Below, one piece after another: positions 28,605 through 37,898 of a DNA stretch of 64,000 nt. Location of the stretch: positions 155-64,154 of the forward strand of contig CAKUES010000012.1 of the NCBI GenBank assembly GCA_934646835.1, written 5' to 3'. A program made the position numbers and the translations under genes. The number at the start of each line of letters is the position of its first letter. Positions within the stretch are counted from its first letter, which is position 1. The notes beneath the pieces are model-generated. The model saw only the letters and a list, made by a program, of their open reading frames with translations. It searched no databases and was not told the DNA's origin. Source of the stretch: an uncultured Coriobacteriales bacterium (GTDB taxonomy: Bacteria > Actinomycetota > Coriobacteriia > Coriobacteriales > QAMH01).

Positions 28605-29159
28605 ATGACACCAGAACAAGACATCCACTACATGCGCGTGGCGATGGAGCAGGCGGCGCTTGCGGCCGAGCTCGGCGAGGTGCCCATTGGCGCCGTCGTC
28701 GTCTACGACCCGATCGACCCTGCCACGCGCCGCCATGTCCTCGACGAGCCGCGCGTGATTGCCGCGGCCTACAACCGTCGCGAGATAGACCAAGACCCCG
28801 CCGGGCACGCCGAGTTCATGGCGATGAAGGCTGCGAGCAAGGAGCTGGGACGCTGGCGTCTGAGCGGCTGTACGGTCTATGTGACGCTCGAGCCTTGCAT
28901 CATGTGCGCGGGCCTCATGCACCAGTCGCGCGTCGATCGCTGCGTTTACGGCGCGGCAGACGAGAAGGCCGGGGCGCTCGGCACGCTCTACAGCGTACAC
29001 GCCGACGAGCGCCTCAACCACCAGTTCGAGGTGGTGCCCGGCGTTTTGGGCGAGGAGTGCAAGGCCCAGCTCAAAGCCTTCTTCAAGGAGTTGCGTGCCA
29101 AACGCAAGGAGCAAAACCGCAAGGCCGACAAACAGGCTGCCCTTCACGAGCAGCTGTAG
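28605..29159 (+). CDS. tadA: tRNA-specific adenosine deaminase
   Basis: Zinc-binding CDA motifs HAEFMAMKAA and PCIMCAGLMHQSRVDRCVYGAAD. Confidence 0.92.
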   Translation: MTPEQDIHYMRVAMEQAALAAELGEVPIGAVVVYDPIDPATRRHVLDEPRVIAAAYNRREIDQDPAGHAEFMAMKAASKELGRWRLSGCTVYVTLEPCIMCAGLMHQSRVDRCVYGAADEKAGALGTLYSVHADERLNHQFEVVPGVLGEECKAQLKAFFKELRAKRKEQNRKADKQAALHEQL

Positions 29160-29224
29160 CCTGCCTACCGGCACTGCCGCTTGTGCCGGCGAGTACCGGA
29201 GTCGACGACGAGGAGAATCGAGCA

Positions 29225-29884
29225 ATGCCTCAGGAGAGCAAAGCGTCGCGCCGCGAGCGCGTCATCGAGGTTTGCCGCCGTATGGACGGCGTCTACCCCG
29301 ATGCCGAGTGCGCGCTGCACTTCAAGAATGCTTTCGAGTGCGTGATCTGCGTGGCCTTGAGCGCGCAGACGACGGACGCGAACGTCAACAAGGTGACCCC
29401 GGAGCTGTTTAGACGCTGGCCGGGGCCGCAGGAGATGGCGCAGGCCAACGTGCACGAGGTAGAGGACGTCATCCGCAGCATCGGCTTCTTCCGCAACAAG
29501 GCGCGCAACTGCGTTGCTGCCTCCCAGGCGATCATGGCGGATTTTGGCGGCGAGGTGCCGGATACCTACGAGGGCCTGCAAAGCCTGCCGGGCGTGGGCC
29601 GCAAGACCGCCAACATCGTCATGAACAACGTCTTTGGCGTGGTCGAGGGCATTGCCGTGGACACGCACGTCAACCGCATCGCGCACAAGCTAGGGCTCAT
29701 CGTCCCCAAGCGCGAGACGGATCCCAACAAGGTCGAGAGGCAGCTGCTCGACCTCATTCCCAAGGAGCTGTGGGGGCCGGTCAACCACCAGTGGGTGCTG
29801 TTCGGCCGCGAGTACTGTGACGCAAAGAAGCCGCGCTGTGGCGAGTGTCCGCTGCAGGACATCTGCCCGAGCGCAGGAAAGTAG
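29225..29884 (+). CDS. nth: Endonuclease III (DNA glycosylase/AP lyase)
   Basis: HhH-GPD region LQSLPGVGRKTANIVM...VDTHVNRIAHKLG. C-terminal 4Fe-4S motif CDAKKPRCGECPLQDICP. Start ATG 29225 follows GAGGAG. Confidence 0.93.
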   Translation: MPQESKASRRERVIEVCRRMDGVYPDAECALHFKNAFECVICVALSAQTTDANVNKVTPELFRRWPGPQEMAQANVHEVEDVIRSIGFFRNKARNCVAASQAIMADFGGEVPDTYEGLQSLPGVGRKTANIVMNNVFGVVEGIAVDTHVNRIAHKLGLIVPKRETDPNKVERQLLDLIPKELWGPVNHQWVLFGREYCDAKKPRCGECPLQDICPSAGK

Positions 29885-29899
29885 GGTTGTATGGCTGGA

Positions 29900-30370
29900 A
29901 TGAAGATCACCGTCGTGAGCGTAGGCAAGCTCAAGGAGAGGTTCTGGAAAGAGGCGGTTGCGGAGTACGCCAAGCGCCTGGGCGGCTACTGCCAGCTCAA
30001 GCTGGTCGAGGTGGCCGACCGCGACCCCGCCAAGTGCGGCGGTGATGCCAAGGCGATGGAGGCGGAAGGTGCCGACATCCTCAAGGCCGTGCCCGATGCG
30101 GCGCGCTGCATCCTGCTTGCGATCGATGGCAAACAGCGCAGCAGCGAGGACTTCTCAAAGCACCTCGACCAACTGGCACTGGGCGGCGCGAGTGAGTTGG
30201 CCTTTGTGATCGGCGGCTCGACGGGCGTCGACCCTGTCGTCCGCAAACGTGCTGACGAGACCTTCAGCTTTGGGCCGATCACCTTGCCGCATAACCTCGC
30301 GCGCGTGGTGCTGCTCGAGCAGGTTTACCGCGCCTTCAAGATCAGCCGCGGGGAGCCGTATCACAAGTAG
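29900..30370 (+). CDS. rlmH: 23S rRNA (pseudouridine1915-N3)-methyltransferase
   Basis: MKITVVSVGKLKERFWKEAVAEYAKRL and the C-terminal SFGPITLPHNLARVVLLEQVYRAFKI are RlmH (SPOUT) signatures. An alternative start is ATG 29891. Confidence 0.9.
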   Translation: MKITVVSVGKLKERFWKEAVAEYAKRLGGYCQLKLVEVADRDPAKCGGDAKAMEAEGADILKAVPDAARCILLAIDGKQRSSEDFSKHLDQLALGGASELAFVIGGSTGVDPVVRKRADETFSFGPITLPHNLARVVLLEQVYRAFKISRGEPYHK

Positions 30371-30415
30371 CGAGAGCGGGAGAGGGGCGGGTCCTGGATC
30401 GATCCTAGGCCCGAG

Positions 30416-30496
30416 CCCTAGGGAAGCGTTGATTCACGTAGGGGAGGGACCCTGTCCCTCCCCATATACCTTGCATTAATCGGTGCTTCCCTAGGG
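30416..30496 (+). repeat. Family A element, copy A4 (short form with its own terminal inverted repeats)
   Basis: CCCTAGGGAAGCGTTGATT-CACGTAGGGGAGGGACCCTGTCCCTCCCCATATACCTTGCATT-AATCGGTGCTTCCCTAGGG. Confidence 0.9.
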
Positions 30497-30594
30497 CCGA
30501 CCCTGCATCCGACCCTAGCCCCGATGCCAATTGAATAGCGAGTACCGTCTTTGTTGACGGTGTGCAAAAGCAAACGAGCACTGCAGCTCAAGCC

Positions 30595-30858
30595 CTAGCG
30601 GGCGACGCTGCAGTGCTCGTTTGCTTTATCCCAAGTACTGAGAATGTTGAGGACAGTGTCGAGCTTCTCCGAGAGAGCGGAGGAGATTTCTGCGTCGCAG
30701 CTTTGTTGTTTGCTGCTGATGGCGAGTCGCAGAAAGTGCTCGTACGCGTCCGTCTTGGTGAGCTGGTGAGCGGACGCATAGGAGTCGACCGCTTCCACCA
30801 CATCGCGGGGAAGCCTCAGAGACACTGGAATTTTCAGCGTTGATGCTTCCCCGGACAT
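30595..30858 (-). CDS. Ribbon-helix-helix (CopG/Arc/MetJ-like) DNA-binding protein, orphan
   Basis: 87 aa. KIPVSLRLPRDVVEAVDSYASAHQLTKTDAYEHFLRLAI fits the RHH beta-strand/helix/helix pattern. A perfect palindrome lies 41 nt upstream. No partner (toxin) ORF is seen. Confidence 0.6.
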   Translation of the reverse strand: MSGEASTLKIPVSLRLPRDVVEAVDSYASAHQLTKTDAYEHFLRLAISSKQQSCDAEISSALSEKLDTVLNILSTWDKANEHCSVAR

Positions 30859-30898
30859 GGCAGTTCCAAACCTCTTGTGTTTCTATCGCACGGCTATT

Positions 30899-30916
30899 GT
30901 ATCACAATTGTGATAC
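30899..30916. promoter_or_regulatory. Perfect 18-bp palindrome, candidate autoregulatory operator of the RHH gene
   Basis: GTATCACAATTGTGATAC. An extra half-site TGTGATAC lies at 30955-30962. On the minus strand TACAAT (30901-30896) overlaps the palindrome. Confidence 0.5.
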
Positions 30917-31039
30917 GTGTGCAGCAAAAATAGGCGGTAAGCGGGGATTTTGCTGTGTGATACGCGTGTGTTTTTTACGGTGGGGGAGTGGGTTTCGGGT
31001 TGATCGCAGGCCTTCGCGTTAGCGCCGTTGGGCCCCAAG

Positions 31040-31080
31040 CCCCACGTAGGCGCCAGACGAAGTCGGCGCCATCAGGTTGC
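31040..31080 (-). repeat. Family D GGCGCC-hairpin motif, isolated reverse arm
   Basis: CCCCACGTAGGCGCCAGACGAAGTCGGCGCCATCAGGTTGC. A degenerate further copy lies around 31262-31290. Confidence 0.9.
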
Positions 31081-31113
31081 GAAGAGTCGCGACTACTAAG
31101 TGCGTCCAGATTG

Positions 31114-31214
31114 GCCGATTGTCTGAACGATTTTTCGTTCAGACAATCGGCTGCAACACCGAACTCGTCGCAAACCCCCGATTGTCTGAACGAAAAATCG
31201 TTCAGACAATCGGG
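31114..31214. repeat. Pair of 38-nt perfect hairpins in mirror orientation (E1/E2)
   Basis: GCCGATTGTCTGAACGA-TTTTT-CGTTCAGACAATCGGC (31114-31151) and CCCGATTGTCTGAACGA-AAAAT-CGTTCAGACAATCGGG (31177-31214), separated by 25 nt. Confidence 0.9.
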
Positions 31215-31323
31215 AGGTTTCTTCGCACTTGCGCAATGCGCCCCGTGGACCTCGTAGATCGCCTGACGCAGTCGGCGCCATAGGTTGTAGCGAACTGGCG
31301 AGCCCTCGGAGGGATGACATGAT

Positions 31324-31466
31324 CAAAAAGTGCGCGAAGTGCTAAGGGTTGGGGCAACCTGCCGAGTAGCCGGCCAATAACGCTCGCAAACCCGCAGGTC
31401 ACAGCGTTGCCGATTCACGGCTACTCGGCACTCCAGTCAAACCCTTAACACTTCGCGTACTTTTTG
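31324..31466 (+). repeat. Family B MITE-like element, copy B2
   Basis: TIRs CAAAAAGTGCGCGAAGTGCTAAGGGTT / AACCCTTAACACTTCGCGTACTTTTTG. Core CGCAAACCCGCAGGTCACAGCGTTGCCGATTC. Confidence 0.9.
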
Positions 31467-31480
31467 AGACGGAGGCAAAC

Positions 31481-31622
31481 AAAAACCACACCAAGTATGC
31501 AAGGTTTGGAAGACTGATCGAGTAGACCGCGATTCCCGATTGCAAGCCCGCATGTCACAGCGTTGCCGATTCTCGACTACTCACGACTTCGCCCAAACCT
31601 TGCATACTTGGTGCATTTTTTT
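31481..31622 (+). repeat. Family B MITE-like element, copy B3 (variant TIRs)
   Basis: TIRs AAAAACCACACCAAGTATGCAAGGTTTGG / CCAAACCTTGCATACTTGGTGCATTTTTTT. Core TTGCAAGCCCGCATGTCACAGCGTTGCCGATTC. Confidence 0.9.
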
Positions 31623-31657
31623 GACTACGAGGTCTCCTGATGGCACGCCGACTCCCT

Positions 31658-31785
31658 GCGACCTGCTGGCGCCGACTGCGTCTGGCGCCTACAAAGGGTT
31701 TGCGGCCCACAGCCGCTTTTGCGCAAGTGCAAGCAAGCTGCTGGTCTCTCGTAGAGGTGCCAGACGAAGTCGGCGCCATCGGGTT
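31658..31785. repeat. Family D element: forward and reverse GGCGCC-hairpin arms forming a ~128-bp inverted-repeat unit
   Basis: GCGACCTGCTGGCGCCGACTGCGTCTGGCGCCTAC (31658-31692) and GTAGAGGTGCCAGACGAAGTCGGCGCCATCGGGTT (31751-31785). Confidence 0.85.
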
Positions 31786-31800
31786 ATGGAGAGCCGCGAA

Positions 31801-31923
31801 CCGCTAAGTGCGGGCTTTTGCTGCCGAGTAAGCCGCCAAGTGCGGTCCTTTTCGCCTGGTTGAGCGCTAAGTGCGGTCTTTTGCTGCGCTGCCAGGCGAA
31901 AAAGGACCGCACTTAGCGCTCAA
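31801..31923. repeat. Short tandem repeats plus overlapping inverted repeats upstream of mfd
   Basis: There are three direct copies of (G)CTAAGTGCGGKC(C)TTTTSC. These are followed by CCAGGCGAAAAAGGACCGCACTTAGCGCTCAA, which is complementary both to 31838-31857 and to 31860-31878. Confidence 0.85.
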
Positions 31924-32075
31924 GCGGACCCATGCTGTACATTGCCGGCGTCCCAAGTGGGACGCCCCCACCTGCGTTCTCCTCGCGTCATATGTATCTG
32001 GTAAGCTGCTGCTCTCAGAAATTTCTAGCCGCCCTCAGCTTGAGCGCGGCTTTTCGGCGTGTTTGGAGGACGCAG

Positions 32076-35000
32076 ATGCTCATCGACTTGCTGCAGAGGA
32101 AGCTCTTTACCTCAGAGCCCATGGAGCCGGTGGCGGCCAAGCTCGAGGCGGGGGAGGACGCGAGCGTCGGTCTCGTGGCATCCGTGCGCCCCTTCCTCGT
32201 GGCCTCGGCGTTCACGCGTTATCCGCGTCCCATGCTCGTCGTGGTGAGCGGCAACGAGGCGGCGGAGCGCTTTGCGCGCGACGTCGCCGCCTATATCGGC
32301 CGCGAGCATGTCCTCGTCCTGCCTGAGCGCCTGGACCTGCCGTGGTCGGACGCCCAGTCTGACCTCAAGGTCGTCGGTGCGCGCACACAGGCTATCGGCA
32401 TGCTCGCTGCCGGCCGTAACGTGGTCGTCGTGACGAGCGCTCGCGCCTTGCTGCGCCGTTGTGCTCCGGCGGGCACCGGCGTTTTCTTCCCACTCACTGT
32501 CACCTGCGACGACGGCGTCGTCGACGGTGCCAGCGGAGAGGCCCTCGAGTACGAGCAGGTTGCCCCTGCCCTCCTCAAGCGCGGCTACCAGCACCTCGAG
32601 GAGCTCGACGGCCCGGGCACCTTCTGTGTCCATGGCGACGCAATCGACATTTTTGGCGCGGGGATGACCTCGCCCATCCGCATCGACTTCTGGGGTGACG
32701 ATGTCGACGGTCTGCGTCGCGTCGTGGCCTCCACCGGTCAGACCATCGGCGAGCTCGAGAGCGCGGAGGTGTGGCCCTGTCGCGAGTTCACGGTGACCAA
32801 GCGCGGGCTCGAGCGAGCCCGCAAGGAGCTGCGTAATGAGATCGCCACGGATGAGCAGGTGGCAGAGGGCATGCGAAAGCTCGAGGAAGGCATTAGCTTC
32901 ACGGGTATGGAGCGCTTCATGCCCTATCTTGTTGGCGAGACCTGCATCCCCATCGCCCATGCGGCGGCCAACACCCTGGTCGTTCTCACCGAGCCGCGAT
33001 CGCTCTTTGACGACGCATCCCGCCGCTATGACGAGGTGCTCGCCCATGCTGCCAACAACGGCGTGACAGACGACGAGGTCGCGCGCCTCTTCTGCGCCCC
33101 TGCGCGCATGGACTTTGGCACGCAACAGCGCCTCACGCTGCAGTCGATGATGCGCGTCGGCGCACTCGTCGACGCGGACCTGCCCGTCGAGCGCCCGAGT
33201 TTCCAGGGGCGTGAGGACAAGCTCATCTCCACCTGCGCCGCTTTGGCGGACTCCCATTGCACGATGCTCTTCTCCGTGCCGGACCGCGGCGCGCGCAAGG
33301 ACATGGAGCTCATGTTCACGGACAACGGCATCAGCTACGTCGAAAACCTCAACGTCAGCGCCAAGAGCCTGCGCCAGGACCTCGTCAACATCACGGACGT
33401 CGACGTCGCGTCGGGCTTCATCATGCCTGACGCGCACCTCGCGCTTCTTTCCATCGCAGACCTCTCGCAGCGCGCCTCGCGTCGCCGCCGTGCCAGCAAG
33501 AAAATCGACATCACAGATATCACCTTCCCCTTCAAGCCGGGTGACTACGTTGTCCACGCAAGTCATGGCATCGCGCTGTTCAAGGAGATCGTGCGCCAGG
33601 AAGTCGCCGGCAAGGAGCGCGACTACCTGCTGCTCGCCTATGCGGGGGATGACAAGCTCTTCGTCCCGGTTGAGCAGATTGACAAGGTTACGCGCTATGT
33701 GGGACCGGACGGCTCCAGCCCGCGCCTGACGCGCCTGCATACGGCGGATTGGTCGCGCGCGATGGGCAAGGCGCGCAAGTCTGCCAAGAAACTCGCCTTC
33801 GACCTCGTTGATCTCTACGCCCGCCGCTCCACGGTCAAGGGCTACAGCTACAGCACAGACGGCGATTTCATGGTGCAGATGGAGGAGCTCTTCCCCTACG
33901 AGGAGACGCCGGACCAGCTCTCCGCGATCGCGGACGTCAAGGCGGACATGGAGTCGGAGAAGCCGATGGATCGCCTGATCTGCGGTGACGTGGGCTTTGG
34001 CAAGACGGAGGTCGCCATGCGCGCGGCCTTCAAGGCGGTGAGCGACCACCGCCAGGTGATGATCCTGTGTCCGACGACCATCCTCGCCCAGCAGCACTAC
34101 GCCAACTTCAACGACCGCTTCGCCCCCTTTGGGATCAAGGTCGAGGTCTTGAGCCGTTTTCGCACGGCGGCGCAGCAAAAGGCCGCCCTCAAGGGCTTCG
34201 CGGAAGGTGAGGTTGACGTGCTCGTCGGCACGCATCGCCTGCTCAGCCGCGACGTCAACCCCAAGGAGCTCGGCCTCATCATCATCGACGAGGAACAGCG
34301 CTTTGGCGTCGGCCACAAGGAGCAGCTCAAGAACCTGCGTGAAAGCGTCGACGTGCTCACGCTGTCCGCGACGCCCATCCCGCGCACGTTGCAGATGAGC
34401 CTGTCCGGCGTGCGCGACATGAGTCTCATCACGACTCCGCCGACCAACCGCCGTCCCGTCAAAGTTCATGTGGGCGAGTGGGACGACGACCTCATCTCCG
34501 CTGCTATCAGGCGCGAGCTCGAGCGCAACGGCCAGGTCTACTACGTCAGCAACCGCGTGCGCACGATCGAGGACGCGGAGGAGGCCGTCCGCCAGGCAGC
34601 GCCGGAGGCGCGCATCGGCGTGGCGCACGGTCAGATGGCCCCGCACCAGGTCGAGGACATGATGGAGCGCTTTAACGGCGGCGAGATCGACGTCCTCGTG
34701 GCGACGACCATCGTGGAAAGCGGTCTGGACAACCCGCATGCCAACACCCTCATCATCGAGGACAGCCAGCGCCTCGGCCTGGCGCAGCTCTACCAGCTCA
34801 AAGGCCGCGTGGGCCGCTCGACCAAGCAGGCGTACGCGTACTTCCTCTTCCCGTCGGATCGCCCGCTCACGGAGGAGGCCACCCAGCGCCTGGAGGCGAT
34901 CGGCGAGTTCACGGACCTGGGCAGCGGTATGCGCGTGGCGATGAAGGACCTCGAGATCCGCGGTGCGGGCAGCCTTCTGGGTGCCGAGCAAAGCGGCAAC

Positions 35001-35546
35001 ATGAGCGCTGTTGGCTTCGACCTCTTTGCCAGCTTGCTGGCAGAGGCCGTGAGCGACGCGCGCGGCGAGAACAAGCTCGCTCATCCGGAGGTTCACGTCG
35101 ATGTGGCGGCAGACTTCATCATCCCGGAGGAGTACATGCCCGACGGCGGCGAGCGTGTGGCCTACTACCGCCGCCTCGCCGCGGCACTCACGGCGGAGGA
35201 TGTCGATGCGATCGCAGAGGGCATGCGCAGCAAGTACGGCGCGCTGCCGCAGCCGGTCGTCAACATCTGCAACCGCGCGCGCATCAAGGCATGGTGCGAG
35301 GTCCTGGGCGCGACGAACGTGGCGCAGGTCGGCGGCAAGATCGTCATCGGCGAGGTCTCCAAGTCCCTCTCCGCGGTCATCAGCGCCAACCGCGAGGCCA
35401 AGAAGCTCATCACCAAGCTGCGCGGTCTCTATGTTCCGACGATCAAGTCCTATCGCATCCCCGTGGCCAAGGGCGAGCCCGTCCTCGACATCGCGGCAGA
35501 CGCCCTCAAGGCGATGGCCGACGCCGTCGAGGCAGCGGAGGAGTAA
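32076..35546 (+). CDS. mfd: Transcription-repair coupling factor
   Basis: Start ATG 32076 follows GGAGGA. Superfamily-2 helicase motifs are present ([50 protein letters not shown]). The Mfd CarD-like region is [14 protein letters not shown]. 1156 aa. Confidence 0.96.
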   Translation: MLIDLLQRKLFTSEPMEPVAAKLEAGEDASVGLVASVRPFLVASAFTRYPRPMLVVVSGNEAAERFARDVAAYIGREHVLVLPERLDLPWSDAQSDLKVVGARTQAIGMLAAGRNVVVVTSARALLRRCAPAGTGVFFPLTVTCDDGVVDGASGEALEYEQVAPALLKRGYQHLEELDGPGTFCVHGDAIDIFGAGMTSPIRIDFWGDDVDGLRRVVASTGQTIGELESAEVWPCREFTVTKRGLERARKELRNEIATDEQVAEGMRKLEEGISFTGMERFMPYLVGETCIPIAHAAANTLVVLTEPRSLFDDASRRYDEVLAHAANNGVTDDEVARLFCAPARMDFGTQQRLTLQSMMRVGALVDADLPVERPSFQGREDKLISTCAALADSHCTMLFSVPDRGARKDMELMFTDNGISYVENLNVSAKSLRQDLVNITDVDVASGFIMPDAHLALLSIADLSQRASRRRRASKKIDITDITFPFKPGDYVVHASHGIALFKEIVRQEVAGKERDYLLLAYAGDDKLFVPVEQIDKVTRYVGPDGSSPRLTRLHTADWSRAMGKARKSAKKLAFDLVDLYARRSTVKGYSYSTDGDFMVQMEELFPYEETPDQLSAIADVKADMESEKPMDRLICGDVGFGKTEVAMRAAFKAVSDHRQVMILCPTTILAQQHYANFNDRFAPFGIKVEVLSRFRTAAQQKAALKGFAEGEVDVLVGTHRLLSRDVNPKELGLIIIDEEQRFGVGHKEQLKNLRESVDVLTLSATPIPRTLQMSLSGVRDMSLITTPPTNRRPVKVHVGEWDDDLISAAIRRELERNGQVYYVSNRVRTIEDAEEAVRQAAPEARIGVAHGQMAPHQVEDMMERFNGGEIDVLVATTIVESGLDNPHANTLIIEDSQRLGLAQLYQLKGRVGRSTKQAYAYFLFPSDRPLTEEATQRLEAIGEFTDLGSGMRVAMKDLEIRGAGSLLGAEQSGNMSAVGFDLFASLLAEAVSDARGENKLAHPEVHVDVAADFIIPEEYMPDGGERVAYYRRLAAALTAEDVDAIAEGMRSKYGALPQPVVNICNRARIKAWCEVLGATNVAQVGGKIVIGEVSKSLSAVISANREAKKLITKLRGLYVPTIKSYRIPVAKGEPVLDIAADALKAMADAVEAAEE

Positions 35547-35611
35547 GGGAACTGTCACCTGGGGTGAGCGCGGATTGCGTCCAACTGTCACTGGTGCGCA
35601 TTGGCTGAATG

Positions 35612-35670
35612 CCCACGTAGGGGAGGGACCCTGTCCCTCCCCATAGACCTCGCATAAAGCAATGCCTTTC
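35612..35670 (+). repeat. Family A element, copy A5
   Basis: CCCACGTAGGGGAGGGACCCTGTCCCTCCCCATAGACCTCGCATAAAGCAATGCCTTTC. It is preceded (35585-35606) by a degenerate family H half-arm TGTCACTGGTGCGCATTGG. Confidence 0.9.
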
Positions 35671-35673
35671 CGT

Positions 35674-35707
35674 AGCGGCGGGAGCGAGCTTGCTCGCTCC
35701 CGCCGCT
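35674..35707 (+). terminator. GC-rich terminator-like hairpin after mfd (repeated at 40653-40682)
   Basis: 15-bp stem AGCGGCGGGAGCGAG / CTCGCTCCCGCCGCT with loop CTTG. Only a weak T tract follows (TGTGGTT). Confidence 0.55.
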
Positions 35708-35739
35708 TGTGGTTACGGCTGCGTCCGGGGTATCGCGTC

Positions 35740-35882
35740 CAAAAAGTGCACGAAGTGTTAAGGGTTTTGGCGGGCAGGCGTGTAGACGGCGATTCCCGCT
35801 TGCAAAACCGCAGGTCACAGCATTGTGGATTCTTGGCTACTCGATGCAGCCGGCCAACCCTTAACACTTCGCGTGTTTTTTG
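35740..35882 (+). repeat. Family B MITE-like element, copy B4
   Basis: TIRs CAAAAAGTGCACGAAGTGTTAAGGGTT / AACCCTTAACACTTCGCGTGTTTTTTG. Core GCTTGCAAAACCGCAGGTCACAGCATTGTGGATTC. Confidence 0.9.
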
Positions 35883-35917
35883 ATTTTGCGGACTCTCGGT
35901 GATTTTGCCAACCCACT

Positions 35918-36328
35918 GCAACCTGTTGGCGCCGACTCCGTCTGGCGCCTACGTGGTTCCGCAATCAACTGCTAGTCGTGACGCTGCCCAATCAGCAACC
36001 GACCTTGCGTCAGCCTCATCGAGCCCCAAAGCCCACGTAGGCGCCAGACGGAGTCGGCGCCAACAGGTCGCAGCGAGCCGGCGACGCGCAACGCGCGTCA
36101 AGGCCACGTGCCGCGACGCTGCCCAATCCGCAACCGGACTCGCGTCAGCCTCATCGAGCCCCAAAGCCCACGTAGGCGCCAGACGGAGTCGGCGCCAATA
36201 GGCTGCAACGCGCGTCAAGGCCACGTGCCACGGCGTCGCGATGCTGCTCAATCCGCAACCGGACTCGCGTCAGCCTCATCGAGCCCCAAAGCCCTCATGA
36301 GCGCCAGACGGAGTCGGCGCCATCGGGG
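35918..36328. repeat. Family D array: one forward arm followed by three ~125-135-bp tandem units, each ending in a reverse GGCGCC-hairpin arm
   Basis: The forward arm is at 35918-35956. The reverse arms are at 36032-36071, 36167-36206 and 36292-36328. The unit bodies (...GCTGCCCAATCCGCAACCGGACTCGCGTCAGCCTCATCGAGCCCCAAAG...) are mutually similar. Confidence 0.9.
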
Positions 36329-36374
36329 ACCCTGAGATCGGCCGTTGCCAGCGCGCCTCTGTGGTTGTCGCTCG

Positions 36375-37898
36375 TTACTCCTCGTTTTCGACGATGTCGA
36401 GCAGCTCTTGGTGGGAGTGGATGTCGAGCTTGGCGTAGATGTGCTTGACGTGGGAGTTCACGGTGTTGCGCGAGACGACGAGCGTCTCCTCGATGTAGGC
36501 GCGGTTGCGCCCGCGGGCGAGCATGCCCAAGACCTCCGCCTCGCGCTTGGTGAGGCCGCCGCGCTCGGCGATCGCGGCGCAGCGCTCCTCGATGCTGCGG
36601 GGTGCGGGTGTAATTTGCGTCTCTATCGTTTGGCCGGCTGACTCACAGCCGGGGCCATCGGTGTTCACAGCGTTTTCTGTAGCCTGCACGTTGGGGATGT
36701 CTGGGACGGCGGCGGCCGCCTGTGCGCCGGGAGCAGCGGGCGTGATCTCGCGAATCGTCTCCGCAAAGCTGAAGCCGCGCAGGGCGAAGAACGCATAGGC
36801 GGCAAACAGGACGATGAAGCAACCACCCAAGACGAACAACGGCATCTCCTCGACCAGCAACGCTGCGTTGTAGTGCACGGCGATCTGCGCGCCGAGTATC
36901 GTGCCGATGCCCATGAGGCCATGGCCCCACGCGAAGACAGCAGTTGCGCCGTAGACGTTGCGCCTCATGATGGCGAGTAGGATCATCCAGGAGACCATGT
37001 CGAAGAACGTGCTTCCCGCGGAGAGCAAGGTGACACCGAGCCTGAGATGCTCGCCGTGCCCTGCCGCAACGGCGTAGAAGCCGACGATGACGAGCAAGAG
37101 CGACCACGAGATGCACGTGTCGATCGGCAGACTCTTGCGCGCGACGATCATGTAGATGGCGCAGGCAGCAATGACGAGGACTCCCCAGGAGCTGATGAGC
37201 GGTGTGCCGGCTTCCTCGCCAAAGCGCAGTGCAAAGCCGTAAGCGACGCGGAAGATGAAGAGGCAGACGAAGATTTGACTGCTCAAGGGCAGGAAGGTGT
37301 TCGGCTGGGTGACAGCGAGGTCGAGCGGGGGCTCTGCTCCTGCGGTCGCCTCGAGGACGGGGCCTGCGTCATGCGAGCTCAGAAGCAGCGAGAGAAGCGG
37401 CAGACCTAGGAAGAGGACGAAGCTCACAATAAACGGGCAGTACAGGGCGACGAGATTACAGGGGTAGTAGAAGAGGAACGCCGCGATGATGCAGCTGCCG
37501 AGCTGTGTGCGGTCGAGCGTCGAGGCGCTGAGCGCGGCGGATGTCATGACCCAGGCACGTGCCGCGCCAATCATGACGCATACCAGAAAGAGAACGGCGG
37601 TGCTGCTCAGCCTGAACGCCACGGGAAGCAGGAGGGCGGAGGCGAGCAGGAAAGCGAAGGCGGCGATGTTGAACACCGTGCCGTTGAGTCGCCTGGGCGC
37701 GAAGAAGGCGACGGCGCCTATGCCGATCATGGTCAGCACGTTGGCAGCTGTCGTCACCTCGCGTGCGTACGGGTTGATGGCATCGTAGAGCGGGAAGACC
37801 GCGGTATTCATGAATGATACGGTGAGTAAAACCGCAGCCAAGGCGAAAAACGTTCTAAGCCACGCTGGGGTAAGCACCTCTTTGATTTGTTTCAACAT
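36375..37898 (-). CDS. Membrane-anchored LuxR-family transcriptional regulator
   Basis: 507 aa. The N-terminal ~370 aa contain many hydrophobic helices. The C-terminal LTKREAEVLGMLARGRNRAYIEETLVVSRNTVNSHVKHIYAKLDIHSHQELL is a LuxR/GerE HTH. Confidence 0.85.
   Translation of the reverse strand: MLKQIKEVLTPAWLRTFFALAAVLLTVSFMNTAVFPLYDAINPYAREVTTAANVLTMIGIGAVAFFAPRRLNGTVFNIAAFAFLLASALLLPVAFRLSSTAVLFLVCVMIGAARAWVMTSAALSASTLDRTQLGSCIIAAFLFYYPCNLVALYCPFIVSFVLFLGLPLLSLLLSSHDAGPVLEATAGAEPPLDLAVTQPNTFLPLSSQIFVCLFIFRVAYGFALRFGEEAGTPLISSWGVLVIAACAIYMIVARKSLPIDTCISWSLLLVIVGFYAVAAGHGEHLRLGVTLLSAGSTFFDMVSWMILLAIMRRNVYGATAVFAWGHGLMGIGTILGAQIAVHYNAALLVEEMPLFVLGGCFIVLFAAYAFFALRGFSFAETIREITPAAPGAQAAAAVPDIPNVQATENAVNTDGPGCESAGQTIETQITPAPRSIEERCAAIAERGGLTKREAEVLGMLARGRNRAYIEETLVVSRNTVNSHVKHIYAKLDIHSHQELLDIVENEE

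Noticed and set aside
28541-29224. Upstream 228 codons of ORF 28541..29884, which would fuse across tadA to nth.
   Set aside because: This part is out of frame with the clearly recognisable tadA CDS that occupies the same DNA. The translation is Arg/Pro/Ala-rich junk. The nth homology begins at ATG 29225 with its own RBS.
35899-36251. ORFs 35899..36201 (+) and 35949..36251 (-) with internally repeated peptides. Other ORFs translate repeats too, for example 15510..15785, 31077..31283, 62315..62467 and 58032..58346.
   Set aside because: They are read-throughs of repeat families A, B and D. The same peptides (for example GADFVWRLRG, WGGTGSLPYV) appear wherever the DNA repeat occurs. No RBS or consistent frame is present.
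35918-36328. Possible CRISPR array, because a ~40-nt palindromic repeat recurs regularly.
   Set aside because: The period is 125-136 bp and the intervening segments are similar to each other. The first copy is inverted relative to the rest. No cas genes or leader are present. This is a tandem repeat, not a repeat-spacer array.
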